A stretch of DNA of 61,825 bases, counting the filler, from Chiloscyllium plagiosum (Eukaryota), in assembly GCF_004010195.1 (NCBI RefSeq). It is 3 parts of one record of this genome, joined end to end, with 100 filler letters (N's around TTAATTAATTAA, not from the genome) between each part and the next. Parts side by side here need not be neighbours in the genome. Positions count along the whole stretch, not along the records: positions 1 to 29,783 come from NC_057714.1; 2 more parts are not named here. One strand, 5' to 3'. Shown here piece after piece: positions 13,263-25,787 of the stretch. Under the pieces are notes generated by a model. It searched no databases and was not told the DNA's origin. It saw only the letters and a program-made list of their open reading frames with translations. A program made the translations under genes and the position numbers. How positions within the stretch are numbered: position 1 is the stretch's first letter; the number at the start of each line of letters is the position of its first letter.

Positions 13263-13410
13263 AAAAACGGAAAATACTGTGGATGCTGTAAATCAGAAAC
13301 AAAAACAGAAGCGGCTGCAAAAGCTCTGAGGAAGGGTCACCTCTGATCTCTCTTCTCAGATGCTGCCAGACCTGCTGAGCTTTTCCAGCAACTTCTATTT
13401 TTGTTTCTCA
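13263..13410. mobile_element. Degenerate fold-back PLE-type mini-element (family C)
   Basis: agaaacaaaaacagaagcggctgcaaaagctc vs gagctttttccagcaacttctatttttgtttct-type inverted arms; CTGAGGA-AGGGTCACC remnant at 13326; TSD agtactt(t)agaat-like at 13250-13262 / 13411-13423. Confidence 0.65.
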
Positions 13411-14165
13411 AGTACTTTTGAATGTTCGACTGTATAAGAAATCTCCTCCAGAGAGCATCGGATTAGTTGCTTCATTTTATTAATTAGTTATCAGTACAAA
13501 TTATGTAATCCATATGATTTACCGTGATTAATGTATGTGGCATGGCTTTTAAACTCCATCTGAAGTTCATTTTCCTTCCTGGACCTCATGAAACTGTGGT
13601 CCTGTTCTGGTGCAGTCTCCTTTTCCTCTGACAATGTACAATCTTTCTGGATCTTATGCATAGTACCAGGAAATACAGCCAGTCTAGGTTATCTCACCTT
13701 TACGTCCTGTGTTACGGACCTTTGACTTCCACGTTCCAAACCCGTGACCTCTCCCATTGTAAAGACTTAGGCTGCAGAGTCATTGGACCACCAGCCACTT
13801 GCAAGTTCCTCTCTCAGTGATACACCATTCCAACTTAAAACTGCAGCACAATTCCTTCACTGTTGATGGCTCAGAATCCTGAAACTCCATCCCTAACAGC
13901 ACTGTGGGAGTTTTTATACAACTTAACTGGAACAGCTCTAGAAAGTGACTCACTACCACCTTGACACCTTGCATAAAAGTTAAAAGTATGTTTTTTAATA
14001 TACCTATTATTATAGAGAACTATTTATTCAATGTCACTTGACTGGAGTATGCAATTGTCTAATTAAGTTTCCTCCATGTGTTCTAAATCAGTCTTTTTTA
14101 GTCCACTAACTTCCTGGAGAAAGGTAGTTCCCTGGATGGCAGGATAGAGATCACATAGGGGCAGT

Positions 14166-14249
14166 CACTGGGACAATGGCATACCATTTACTCCTTTGAC
14201 TCCTTCTGTGCAAGTATCATTTAACTTTCCAATTTTTGTGTCCTGTGGT
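14166..14249 (+). repeat. 84-bp dispersed direct repeat, copy 2
   Basis: See 13002-13085. Confidence 0.9.
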
Positions 14250-14489
14250 CCCAGTCAGGGGTCATCACGATCAGAGGTGCAGCTCAAAGTATCTTCCAAA
14301 TGCAGAGTCCCTTACTTTGGAACGAATTGCCAGTGAGCACCTCCTTACCACCCTTCCCAGGTGGCTACAAGAAAACTAGACAGGGTTTTTGCTTGTCGAT
14401 CTACCAAAATGACAATTCCCACACCTGCTGCTGGTTGAAACTCAGCAGTGTCAGAAAGAGGCATTTAAGTGGGTGTTAATTGCCTCCTT

Positions 14490-14810
14490 GGGACAGCATG
14501 ATTAGCACAGTGGTTAGCACTGCTGCCTCACAGCTCCAGGGACATCGGTTTGATTCTACCCTCAGACGACTGCCTGTCGGAAGTTTGCACATTCTCCCTG
14601 TGTCTGCATAGGTTTTCTCTGGCTGCTCCAGTTTCCTCCTACAGTCAAAAGATATGAGGCTAGGTGGGCTAGCCATGGGAAATGCAGTGTTACAGGGATA
14701 GGGCAGGGAATGGGTATGGGTAGGAAGCTCTTTGGAGGGTTGATGTGGGCTCTTTGGGCTGAATGGCATGATTCAACACTGTGGGGAATTCCATGATTCT
14801 TCTATGATTC
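14490..14810 (+). mobile_element. HE1-type V-SINE
   Basis: gcacagtggttagcactgctgcctcacagc head; V-domain tttgcacattctccctgtgtctgc; tail ...ctatgattc. Confidence 0.85.
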
Positions 14811-15379
14811 TTAAGGAACTTAATTAGTGGACAGTTGCCTACTTGCCTTCACATCCCATACCCAGCCGTGAGAATTTGGCTATCTGCTCACTCCCTCCGC
14901 AATAGTTCCACTTCCCACATTTGAAGGGAAGGATATTAGGTTCTACCCAATAGCTCAGGACAAAATTAACAGTCATTTGAGCAAATGTGGATTGATCAAG
15001 GGAAACTAGCTTGGATTATTTGAATCCAAATTGTCCTTAACCAACTTGTTTGGGTAACTCTGAGGTGGGAGGAGTACACTGTTTTTTTTAATCTCACTAC
15101 CTTGTGGGTCACAACTTAAAATAAAATAACAGCCCATTCCCAGTATCAGAACCTGTTCTCCTGAAAGGTCACTGGACCCTTCTGTTTTCTCTCTACAGAT
15201 GCTACCAAACCTGCTGAGTTTCACCAGCAATTTCTGTGTAATTAATTTCCCTGAAGTGAGTTAAACAACCAAGATCAACAATTGTCTAGAACTACGTGAT
15301 TTCCAAGAAATGCTTTGTTTAAAATCCATGCAGGCATATAGGTTGATGGGTTTCCTTCTGCGCTGTAATAACTCTATGG

Positions 15380-16037
15380 TTCCGAAAAACCTATATAAAA
15401 CACTGGTTCTGTCTAAATTGCAGAATTATTCCAGTTCTGGGAACCACATTTTAAGAAAGATGTGGGGGCATTAGACAAATTGCAAAACAGGTCCATGAGA
15501 ATGGTTCCAAGAAAATTTAGTCACCTGCACAGATAGGAGAAGTTGAAAGGATTCAGAAAAGATTTCCAAGGATGTTGCCAGGATTGGAGGATTTGATCTA
15601 TAGGAGAGTTTGAATAGTCTGGGGCTGTTTTCCCCACAGCACCAGAGACTGAGGGGTGACCAAATAGAGGTTTATAAAATCATGAAGGGCATGGATAGGG
15701 TAAATAGACAAAGTCTTTTCCCTGGGGTTGGGGAGTCCAGAGCTAGAGGGCATAGGTTTAGGGTGAGGGGGGAAAGATATAAAAGACACCTAAGGGGCAA
15801 CGTTTTCACACAGAGTGTGGTATGTGTGTGGAATGACCTGCCAGTGGAAGTGGTGGAGACTGGTACAGTTATGACATTTAAAATGCATGTGGATAGATAT
15901 ATGATTAGGAAGGATTTAGAGGATATGGGCCAAATGCTGGAAAATGGAACGAGATCAATTTAGAATATTTGGTCGGCATGGACAAGTTGGACTGAAGGGC
16001 CTATTTCCGTGCTGTATATCTCCATGGCTCTATGACT
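15380..16037 (+). mobile_element. CR1-clade LINE 3' fragments (a younger copy nested in an older one)
   Basis: ORF 15610-15963 LGLFSPQHQRLRGDQIEVYKIMKGMDRVN...RGHRFRVRGER...FTQSVVCVWNDLP; tail ctctatgact. Confidence 0.85.
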
Positions 16038-17099
16038 AAGTTGCTCCTACTCTCCTCGGACAAGAAAAGATTAAGATAAGCTAGCATTGTTCCTGCAGTC
16101 AGAAGGATCAGGGATCAAAGGGTGGTGGAAGCAAAAACAACATGAGGAAAAGCTTTCCTCTGCAGCAAATGGTTAGGACCATGTTGTACTGCTTCAGAGT
16201 CTGGTGGCAGCAGCTTCAAACAAGGCCTACAAAAGTGAATTGGATAATTACTGACAGAGAATAAAAAAGATGCACGGCTCTGGAGAAATGACAGGAGACT
16301 GGAACCAACAGAGTTCAAACAGCTAGCGCGAACACATTGAGATGAATGGCCTCTTTCTGTGCTGTAACTATTCTATGATTAGTCGATTCAACAGATGAAC
16401 CTATTGATATTTCTATCCTCATCCTCAAGCAGCAGACTACCAGCTGAGACTGCTACACAGCAGGCAGAAGGAGAAGCCTGACTGATTTTTCCTTTACTAA
16501 CTCCAAATGGAGGTCAATTTCAGCTCCAACAATGCTGCTTGGATGAGATTAATTAACTTTGTGCAGATCATGACTTACCTCAGTCTTATCTAATTTACTC
16601 TGTGTCCATCCCAGAAAATGCCAGCTTTATTAGTTCTTTAATAAGGCCAGATGCATTATATCCAACATTTAACTGAGCCTCTTACAGCACATGTAGTCAA
16701 TTCAGAATTATATGGTGCATTCATTGTTAATTAATATAATAAGTGTTTAACTGTCTCATGTATTAAACACTACATCAAAGGGACTGGCTCATGGACTAGC
16801 ATAAGATCTAAAAAACAATTTATCCAACTTCAACACGCATTAGTCCAGCCAAGCAGACCCGATTAGCTGAATGGTTTGGTATAATGACCATGTGGAGACA
16901 TTACTGGCATTGCTACCCTCTAATGTTATTGAAATAATGCATTCAAGAAAGCTTAGATTATTCATTGGTATCATTGCATGAACTTTGATCAAATTGTTCA
17001 CTTAAAAAATGATTTTACCGAAGGTCAGAGTTGAACTCATTATATTACATTATATTAGCTTCTCTAATTGAAAATTGGGCTTCCAGCTATTTAGTTTTC

Positions 17100-17705
17100 T
17101 TGTGTCAGCTGAGATTCAGCCTCTGAGGCAAGACTGTCAGCTCAAGTCTCACTCCAGAGACTCATGATTTGGAGGTGCCGGTGTTGGACTGGGGTGTACA
17201 AAGTTAAAAATCACACAACACCAGGTTATCAGATCCACGACCACCTGATGAAGGAGCAGCGCTCCAAAAGCTAGTGCTTCCAAATAAATCCATTGGACTG
17301 TAACCTAGTATGAGAATCCAGGCTTCACTGTCAGAGGTGCCATCTCTCAGAAGAGATATTAAACTGAGCCCACATCTGGCCTTACTGGGTGTGCATAAAA
17401 GATGTTGTGGCTCTATTGAAAGAAGAACAATGTGATCTGGTTTATACTCATTGCTTAATCATTTCATTAAAGGGCAGTGTATCTGATCATTATCACATTG
17501 TTGTGTGTAGGATCTTGCTGCACACAGATTGAGATGTGCTGATGTTATGAAAGCGACCATGAAATTATTAATGGTCAGGAGAATAGAAAAGTAGTTTATT
17601 ATCTGAATGGAGAGAAATTTCAGAGTGTTTCGGGGTGCTTAGGGATCTCAGTGTCCTCGTACATAAATCAAAGAAAATTATAAATGCAAGACTTCCTGCT
17701 TCCTT
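17100..17705 (+). mobile_element. DeuSINE (SacSINE1-like) carrying nested insertions
   Basis: Central tgtcagaggtgccatctctcagaagagatattaaactgag...tcattatcacattgttgtgtgtaggatcttgctg and tail taaatgcaagactt recall the Deu domain. Interrupted at 17163-17308 and 17552-17680. Confidence 0.55.
17163..17308. mobile_element. PLE-type hammerhead mini-element (family B), core partly mutated
   Basis: Homologous to 50632-50854; cac-CTGATGA-a-GGAGC-agc-GCTCC-aAAAGCTA-gtg at 17242-17276 (G of GAAA changed to A). Confidence 0.75.
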
Positions 17706-18259
17706 TTTGTTTCTTTGTCCAGTGCCTAATGAAAGGTGTAATGTAAAAGTGCACTGTTACTTTAATTGTTTTGGCCTTCTATTGGTAATGACTGATGTTT
17801 CATATTGTGTGTTTTAATGGTTATGCATTCAAAAGTGAAAACAGCTTACAGCATATGTCACCTGACTGTAACAAGTCACAGTTGTACAATAAACAAATAC
17901 ATTACTCTAAACAACTGACAGGAATTTGCACAGCAATTATCTGCCACTTTGCTGGGAAATCAGAAGAAATCTTGTATCAATGTGAATCATCATTTATGCT
18001 ACTTGTCTCGAATTTGTGCCAAGGTCCTGCTAAAGTTACAACAGAAGATCGGGAAACCTCACCCCATCATCACCACAAAGCCGGTCTCCTCACTTTCACA
18101 ATCTGGAATGCTAAATGCTATTTTATCAACGTTACAATACTTAGGGGGAGATTTTGGGGCAGTGATAATGTCAATCAACTAGGAATCCAAAGCGGTTCAA
18201 GTGGCAGCTTGTGAAATTTAAATTCAGTTATTGAAATCTGTTTTCAAAAGCTAGCCCAA

Positions 18260-19285
18260 TAGGAAGGGTTTCGAGGGATATGGGCCAAGTGCTGGCAAAT
18301 GGGACTAGATTAGGTTAGGATATCTGGTTGGCACGGATGAGTTGGACCAAAGGGTCTGTTTCCATGCTGTACATTGCTATGACTCTATGATTCTATAACA
18401 GCAACCATGAAATTACCAATGGTCAAAAGAATAGAAAGGTAGCTTATTATCTGAATGGAGAGAAATTTCAGAGTGTTTCAGTGCATAAGGATCTCAGTGT
18501 CCTCATGCATAAATCAAAGAAAATTAGTTTGCAGGTGCAATAGGTGGTCGGGAAGTCATATGAAATTTTGGAAAACAGAAGCAAGTACTGTGGAAACAAT
18601 AACAGAAATGGCTGAAAAAAACTGAGCAGGTCTGGCAGCATGTGTGGAGAGAAAACAGAGTTAACTTTTCGGGTTCAGTTTCAGAACAAAATGGAATTTT
18701 GGCATTTATTGCTAAAGCAATAGAGTATAAAAGTAGGGAAATATTGTTGCAATTGTACAAGGGATTGGCAAGACTGCACCTGAAGTATTGCATGCATTTT
18801 GCACCAGTTACATGAGGAGAGATGGAGTTGCATTGGAGGCAGTTCAAAAGAGATTCACTAGATTAATTTCAGAAATAGAGCTCGTCTTTTGAAGAGGTTG
18901 AGCAGCTTAGGTCCATACTCTTCAGAGTTTTAAAGAATTAGGGGAAATATAAGATGTTCAAGGGGATGGACTAAGTAGATGTAGAGTCGATGTTTCCCTT
19001 GTAGGATAATCTAGAATGAAAGTCATAGTTGAGGATACAGAGTAGCAGATTAAGGACAGAGATGAGGAAGAGAATCATGCATCTGTGAAATGTGGTGGAT
19101 GCCAGGATACTGAATAAATTTAAGAAGGAGATAGACATAATCTTCATTAGGAATGGGTTGAAGAGTTATGCAGAGTGATCAGGAAAGTAAAGTTGAGGCC
19201 AAGATGAGATCAGCCCTGGCTGTATCAAATGGCTGAGCAGGACTAAGGGGCTGAATTATTCCTGCTCCTGCTCCTTCTATTCTTA
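18260..19285 (+). mobile_element. Two CR1-clade 3' fragments (18260-18395 short tail; 18420-19285 older, with a nested family C piece at ~18590-18685)
   Basis: gggatatgggccaagtgctggcaaatgggactag...ctatgactctatga; second piece has LYKGLARLHLKYCMHF and ALEAVQKRFTRLI-like remnants. Confidence 0.75.
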
Positions 19286-20095
19286 GCAATTGTTGAAAAA
19301 CAAAACTAGTTCACAAATGTCCAGCAGAGAAAGGAATCTGAAATCTATTACCTCATCTGGCCTACACATGACTCCGGGCTGACATCAATGTGAGTCGCTA
19401 TTAATTGCTCTCTGAATCAGTCCTAGCAACCCACTCAGTTCAAGGGTAATTAGGGATGGACAACAAAGCTGGCCTTGCTAGTGATGTCCACATCCCATAA
19501 AATAATAAACAGTTAAAGTTAAATATTCCTCTGAACTGATTTTCTTCACTATTTCTAATCTTCAAATATATCATACTATAAATTCTTTCCTCACATCCAC
19601 ACTACATTGAAGTTAAAAATGAAAATATATTCTCAACCTTTCCTGTGATAGCTAAACTGTGGCATTCGAGACAATTGGCCTTTGCTTTACTTAGACAAGT
19701 ATCAGGCATTTTGAAATTTGGTTTTGATCATTCCTGAATTACCGTACAGTCCCTATTCTCAATCTTGCTATCATTGTGTACTCTACGTATTTCACCTTGG
19801 CTTTTGAACTTAGAAGGTAAAGTGTTCCAAAGAAGAGTCACCGGACTCGAAATATTAACTCTCCACAGATGCTGCCAGATCAGCTGAGATACTCCCGCAT
19901 ATTGAATTTATATAGCCCTTTTCACCATCTCGGGACTCTCACAGAGATTTTTCCAGTCAATTAAATACTTTTGAAGAGTGATTACTTTTGTCACATAAAA
20001 AAACACAGCAGCCTATTTATTGCAGCCAGGATAGCAATCAGTTAGCTCAGTTGGCTAGACAGCTGATTTGCAAAGCACAGCAATCCCACCTCACT

Positions 20096-20341
20096 CTCTG
20101 TGTGGAGTTTGCACATTTTTCCCGTGTCTGCGTGGGTTTCCTCCGGGTGCTCTGGCTTCCTCCCACAATCCAAAAATGTGCAGGTTAGGTGAATTGGCCA
20201 TGCTAAATTGCCCATAGTGTTAGGTGAAGGGGTAAATGTAGGGGAATGGGTCTGGGTGGGTTGTGCTTCGGCGGGTCGGTGTGGACTTGTTGGGCCGAAG
20301 GGCCTGTTTCCACACTGGAAGTAATCTAATATAATCTAATC
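20096..20341 (+). mobile_element. HE1-type V-SINE, 5'-truncated
   Basis: tgtgtggagtttgcacatt..cccgtgtctgcgtgggtttcctccgggtgctc...gggccgaagggcctgtttccacactg...taatctaatc. Confidence 0.85.
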
Positions 20342-20374
20342 AAACAGTATGGGTTCAGTTCCTCTGTAGTGAAG

Positions 20375-22330
20375 ATTGCTGCAAAAGCTTCAGCTTTACC
20401 TTTTGCACTTGCGTGCTTGACTCCCCCATTAGTAAGGATCGGGATGTTTGTCACAACTCTTCTTCCAGTGAGTTGTTTAATTGTCCACCACCATTCAGGA
20501 CTGGATGGAAAGAACTAGAGAGCTTAGGTCTGATCCGTTGATTGTGGACAGACTTAGCGCTGTCTTTCACTTGCTGCTTATACTGTTTTGAGTGTGGAAC
20601 ACATCCAGCATCGTAGCTTCATCAGGTTGACACCTTATTTTTGAGTATGCATGGTGCTGCTCATTGTATGCTCTCTTACACTCTCTTATGTATATATAGA
20701 ATCCCTGTAGTGAGGAAACAGGCCATTCAGCTCAACAAGTCCACACCAACCATCCAGAAGTATCCCACCCAGACCCATCCCCATACCCCTACCCTATCCC
20801 TGTGACCCTACATTTCCCATGGCTAACACACCTAACCCACACATCCCTGAACACTATGGGTAATATAGCATGGCCAGTCCACCAAACCTGCATATCTTTG
20901 GATTGTGGGAGGAAACTGGAGCACCTTGTGGAAACCAATGCAGAAACAGGGAGAACATGGAAACTCCACACACACAGTCACCTGAAGCTGGAATCGAACC
21001 CCTGGTCTCTGGTGCTGAGACGCAGCGATGCTAACCACTGAGCCACTGTGCCATTGAACCCTGGCTTGATGATCATGATTGAGTGGGAGATATGCCAGGC
21101 CATGAGTTTACAGATTGCGCAGGAGTACAATTCTGCTGTTGTTGACTGTCCACTGTCTCTTATAGATACCCAGTCTTGAGTTGCTCGAACTGTTTCACAT
21201 TTAGCATGATGATTGTGTCACACAACATGATAGAAGGTAATCTCAATGTGAGGGTAGGATTTTGTCTCCGCAAGGACTGTACGGCAGTCAGTCTTAGCAA
21301 CACTGTCATGGACAGATGCATCTGCAGTATGCAGGTTAGTGATTGATTGCCAGTCTAACTGTTACATCCTTTAGGACTCAACCAGCTCGATCGGTAGTGC
21401 TGTTGCCAAGGGTGTTATTCTTGGTGATAAACACTGAGGTCACCAAGCCAAAGTTCATTCTTCAACTTCCCATCCTTAATGCTTCTTCCAAGTGGTGTTC
21501 AACATGAAGGGGTAGATGCATCAGCCAAGAGGTGGAGGAGAGGAAGGGTTTTTAAAAAATCATTCATGGGATGAGCGCATTGTTTGCTAGGCCAGCATTT
21601 ATTACCCATCCCTAATTGCCCAGAAGTGAGTAAGCCACATTGCTCTGGATCTGAAATCAGATGCGGGTCAGACGAGGTAAGGATGATAGATTTCCTTCCC
21701 TAAAAGACATTAGTGAACCAGACTGATTTTTTCCTGACAATTGGAAATGGATTCGTGGTTACCATTGGACTATTAATTCCAGAATTTTATTAAATTCAAA
21801 TTCCACTATCTGCAGTGGTAGGATTTGAACCCTGCCCCCCGCCCCCCCCCGAATGTAATCGGGGTCTCTGTATTAACAGTCCAGTAATAATACCATTAGG
21901 TCAACACCTCCCCCTAAGTGTAGTAATTAGCATGAAGCTTCATGACAGCAATTGACTTGATGCCATGAGATTTTGAGGCTCAGAGTCAATGCTGAAGACT
22001 CCCAGAATAAGTTCCTTCTGATCACATTTTAATGAGCGACCCCTTCTGCTAGGTCTGTCTTTCCAGTGAGTCAGTACATACCCAGGAAAGTGATGGTACT
22101 ATGTGGGACATTTTGTGCAAGCTACAGTTTTGTGAATGTGACTATGTCAGGCTATTGCTTTTGGGTCAGCAGGACAATTCTCCCAATTTTGACATGAGAT
22201 GCTACACCAGATGTTGGCAAAGACTTTTGCAGAGTCAACAGGGTTGAGTTTGCTTTTGTTGGTGCTTTAATGAATGTCAAGTGCTCTTCCAATTTCATTC
22301 AATTTTTGAGACATCTGTTTTCTCAAATGA
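20375..22330 (-). mobile_element. Degenerate second-family LINE (internal part) with nested SINEs
   Basis: Reverse complement matches 44710-45300 (e.g. gcagatgcatctgtccatgacagt, atcagacctaagctct). Nested HE1 at 20697-21052 and tRNA-SINE at 21555-21915. Confidence 0.65.
20697..21052 (-). mobile_element. HE1-type V-SINE
   Basis: Minus head ggcacagtggctcagtggttagcatcgctg...gggttcgattcc; V-domain present. Confidence 0.85.
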
Positions 22331-22463
22331 ATGGCTTGCAAGGCCTTGGCTGATGGCAGTAAAGAGTCAACCAAATTCAAATTGAGGCCAACCTAGGTAA
22401 GGGCAGCAGTCTTACTTACTTAAAGGGTATTATTGAAACAGATGGGTTAACATGACAGTTCAT

Positions 22464-22764
22464 TAGATTCCTTACAGTGTGGAAACAGGCTCTTCAGCCC
22501 AACAAGTCCATACCGACCCTCCGAAGAGCAACCCAACCAGACCCATTGCCCTATACCTAACACTATGGGCAATTTAGCATGGCCAATTCACCTAACCTGC
22601 ACATCTTTGGACTGTGGGAGGAAACTGGAGCACCCGGAGGAAATCCACGCAGATACAGGGAGAATGTGCAAACTCCACACAGACAGTTGCCCGAGGCGGG
22701 AATTGAACACAGGTCCCTGGCACTGTGAGGCAGCAGTGCCAACCACTGAGCCACTGTGCCACCC
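22464..22764 (-). mobile_element. HE1-type V-SINE
   Basis: Minus head gggtggcacagtggctcagtggttggcactgctgcctcacagtgccaggg...gttcaattccc; V-domain intact. Confidence 0.88.
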
Positions 22765-22789
22765 ATAGTTGACAGTAGTTTCCTGGTTG

Positions 22790-25020
22790 CCATTAGACAT
22801 GAAGAGTGGAACAGCAATGGCAGAGGTTTCTGAGAGTGATTCAGGAGACACAGCAAAAATTCATCCCTAAGAAACATGGTAGAGGGAGGATGAGGTAAGC
22901 ATGGCTAACTAGGGAAATCAGGGATAGCATACAAGCAAAAGAGAAAGAATGTAATTTGGTGAAGGGCAATGTGAAACGAGAGGATTAGTAAGCTTACAAA
23001 GACCAACAGAGGTCAACAAGAGAAGAAATAAGGAGGGAAAAGATTAAATATCAGTGTAAACTAGCCAGTAATATAAAGGAAGACTGTAGGAGTTTCCTTA
23101 GATATATCAAGATCAAAAGAGAAAAAAGTGCACATTGGACTGCTGGAGAGATAGTAATGGGGAACAAGGAATTGAATAATTACTTCATGTCAGTCTTCAC
23201 AGTGAAAAACACGAGTAATACCCCAAAGATTCAAGAGATTGAGGGGGCAGAGTGAATATGTGGCCATCACCAAGGAGAAGGTGCGAGAAAAACTGAATGG
23301 CCAGTGTGTGGATAAATAACCTGGACCAGATGGATTACACTCCAGCGCTCTACAGGAGTTGGGTGAAGAGATAGTGGGGGCATTAGTGGTGATTTTTCAG
23401 GAATCGCTAGAGTCAGTAAGGGTACCAGAGGAATGGAACATCGCGAACCTGATACCCTGTTTAAAAAGGGAGTAAGGTTAAAGACAGAAAGTTACGGGCC
23501 CAATTAGTCTAACCTTGGTAGTGGGTAAGATTTTAGAATCCATTGTGAAGGATGAGATTTCTGAATACTTGGAAATGTATGGTAAAATAAGGTCAAGCCT
23601 GACAAATCTGCTGGAATTAAGGGCTACGGGGAGAATGCGGGTAAGTGGAGTTGAAATGCCCATCAGCCATGATTGAATGGTGGAGTGGACTCGATGGGCC
23701 GAATGGCCTTACTTCCGCTTCTATGTCTTATGGTCTTATGGTCTAATTCTTTAAGGAAATAATGAACAGGTTAGACCAAGGAGAGCCAATGGAATGTTAT
23801 CGACCTGGACTTCAAGAAGACTATTGACAAAGTGCCTTACGAGAGGCTGCTGAGCAAGATAAGGGCCCATGGTGTTAGAGGCAAGCTTGGCTGTCTGGCA
23901 GAAAGCAGAGAGTGGAGATAAAGGGCCCTTCTCAGGATGGCAGCTGGTGACAAGTGGTGTTCCGCAAGGGTCAGTGTTGGGACCACAACTTCTCACTTTA
24001 TACATTAACGATTGAGATGAAGGAACTGAGGGCATTCTGGCTAGTTTTGCAGACAATACAAAGATAGGTTGAGGGACAAGTAATATTGAGGAGGCGGGGA
24101 TGCTGCAGAAGGATTTGGACATATTAGGAGAGTGGACAAAAAAGTGGCAGATGGAGTACAACATGGGAAACAGTAAGGTCATGCACTTTAGTAGGAAGAA
24201 TAGAAGCATGGACTATTTTCTAAATGGGGAGAAAATTCAGAAGTCTGAAATGCAAAAGATTTGGGAGTCTTAGTCCAGAATTTTCTCAGGGTAAACTTGC
24301 AGGTTGAGTCAGTCATAGAATCATAGAGATGTACGTCATGGAAACAGGCCCTTCAGCCAACTCATCTGTGCTGACCAGGTATCCTAAATTAATCTAGTTC
24401 CATTTGCCAGCACTTGGCCCATATCCCTCTAAACCCTTCTTGAGTATAGGATTGGTAGTTTATGTTGTGGCTGTATTGGTTAGGCCACTTTTGAAATACT
24501 ACATTCAGTTCTGGTATCCCTGCTATAGGAAAGATGTTGTGAAACTTGAAAAGGTTCAGAAAAGATTTGCAAGGATATTGGAGGGTTTAGGTTATAGGGA
24601 GAGTCTGAATAGGTTGGGGCTATTTTTCCTGGAGTGTCAAAGGTTGAGGATGACTCAAAAGGTTTATAAAATCATGAGGGGCATGGATAGGGTGAATAGA
24701 CAAGGTCTTTTCCCTGGGGTGGGTGAGTCCAAAACTAGAGGAGCATATGTTTAGTGTGAGAGGAAAAAAATGTAAAAGGGTCTTAAGGGACAACTTTTTC
24801 ACTGAGAGGGTGGTGGGTGTGGCAAATGCAATGTTGAATTTATTTTGAAAGGACTTGAATTTAAAAGCAGGGATGTACTTCTGAGGCTCTATAAGGTTCT
24901 GGTCAGGCCATATTTGGAACATGTGGAGTGTGTTTGGAGGAAGTTCACAAGAATGGTCCCAGGACTGGAAACCTAAACAAATGAGGAACGTTTGTGGAGT
25001 CTGGGTTTATGTTCAATGAC
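22790..25020 (+). mobile_element. CR1-clade LINE ORF2 fragment with nested CR1 insertions (23618-23745 and 24312-24822)
   Basis: PGPDGLHSSAL, PEEWNIANL, SGVPQGSVLGPQL and FADNTKIG remnants with stops and frameshifts. Confidence 0.85.
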
Positions 25021-25622
25021 AGTATTAATACACCATTTGCAACACTCCAGAGGATCAATAAAACTGAAACTTAGGGAGAATCTCCAAGACCCAGAGGTTT
25101 TTCTTTAAAGGTAATGTGTCATTTAGTCTTCCAAAGATGAAACCCAGATATTTGATAAAGTCGTATAATCACTGACATGTTTATTAGGAAGATAAGAAGT
25201 AGGAAAGTAACACCATTTGTGTTGGGTTTGGAATGGTCAAAGTGAGATTACATGTTTGCCTGTCCTTGTCAGCTCAGTACAGTCCAGACATAGTTGAATA
25301 TCTTAATTGGAAGATTAAACTAAAATGTCTATGTTTGATACTTATAATCAGTATAAACACCACATGTCATGGTGGTAGCATTACATAAATCTGCCTTTAT
25401 CTTTACACTTTCAGAATAAACCTACAGTTTGGCAAGTTGTGTTCAAAAGAATTTAAGAGATTCAATCTTTCCATTACATTACTCATTATTGAAACCCCCA
25501 CACCCCCAGTCCTTTATTTGAATCTTTTGTTTGTTCACTTAACTAATGCAAATTCTGTCACGAAGGGTGGGTTTTACACAGGAAGCACAAGTGAATATTG
25601 ATACTGTGTACATTTAACTCAC

Positions 25623-25787
25623 CGTGGGAAAAGGAAATGTCATGGCAACCAGAGGACGAACTAAGCCAGTGCTGAGCACACTGACCACAATGATTAGTAA
25701 CAGCAGAGAAAAGATTGCAATAAAAAGAATGGAGAGGAAGGTGAGTAATGTAATGACAAAACTGATGTTAAGTCTCAGTTCCAGTTC
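25623..25787 (-). CDS. Candidate 165-nt internal exon encoding a long hydrophobic (transmembrane-like) segment; gene unidentified
   Basis: Pyrimidine-rich acceptor ctttttctttcaaaag|, donor |gtgagt, open phase 0-0: ELELRLNISFVITLLTFLSILFIAIFSLLLLIIVVSVLSTGLVRPLVAMTFPFPT. No homology recognised. Confidence 0.3.

Noticed and set aside
14490..14570. tRNA genes at A/B-box-like sequences
   Set aside because: All are SINE heads continuing into V-domain or other SINE bodies; no complete cloverleaf was seen.
25642..25740. Similarity of EKIAIKRMERK to the kinase VAIK motif
   Set aside because: There is no upstream glycine-rich loop and no other kinase exon was found; likely coincidence.
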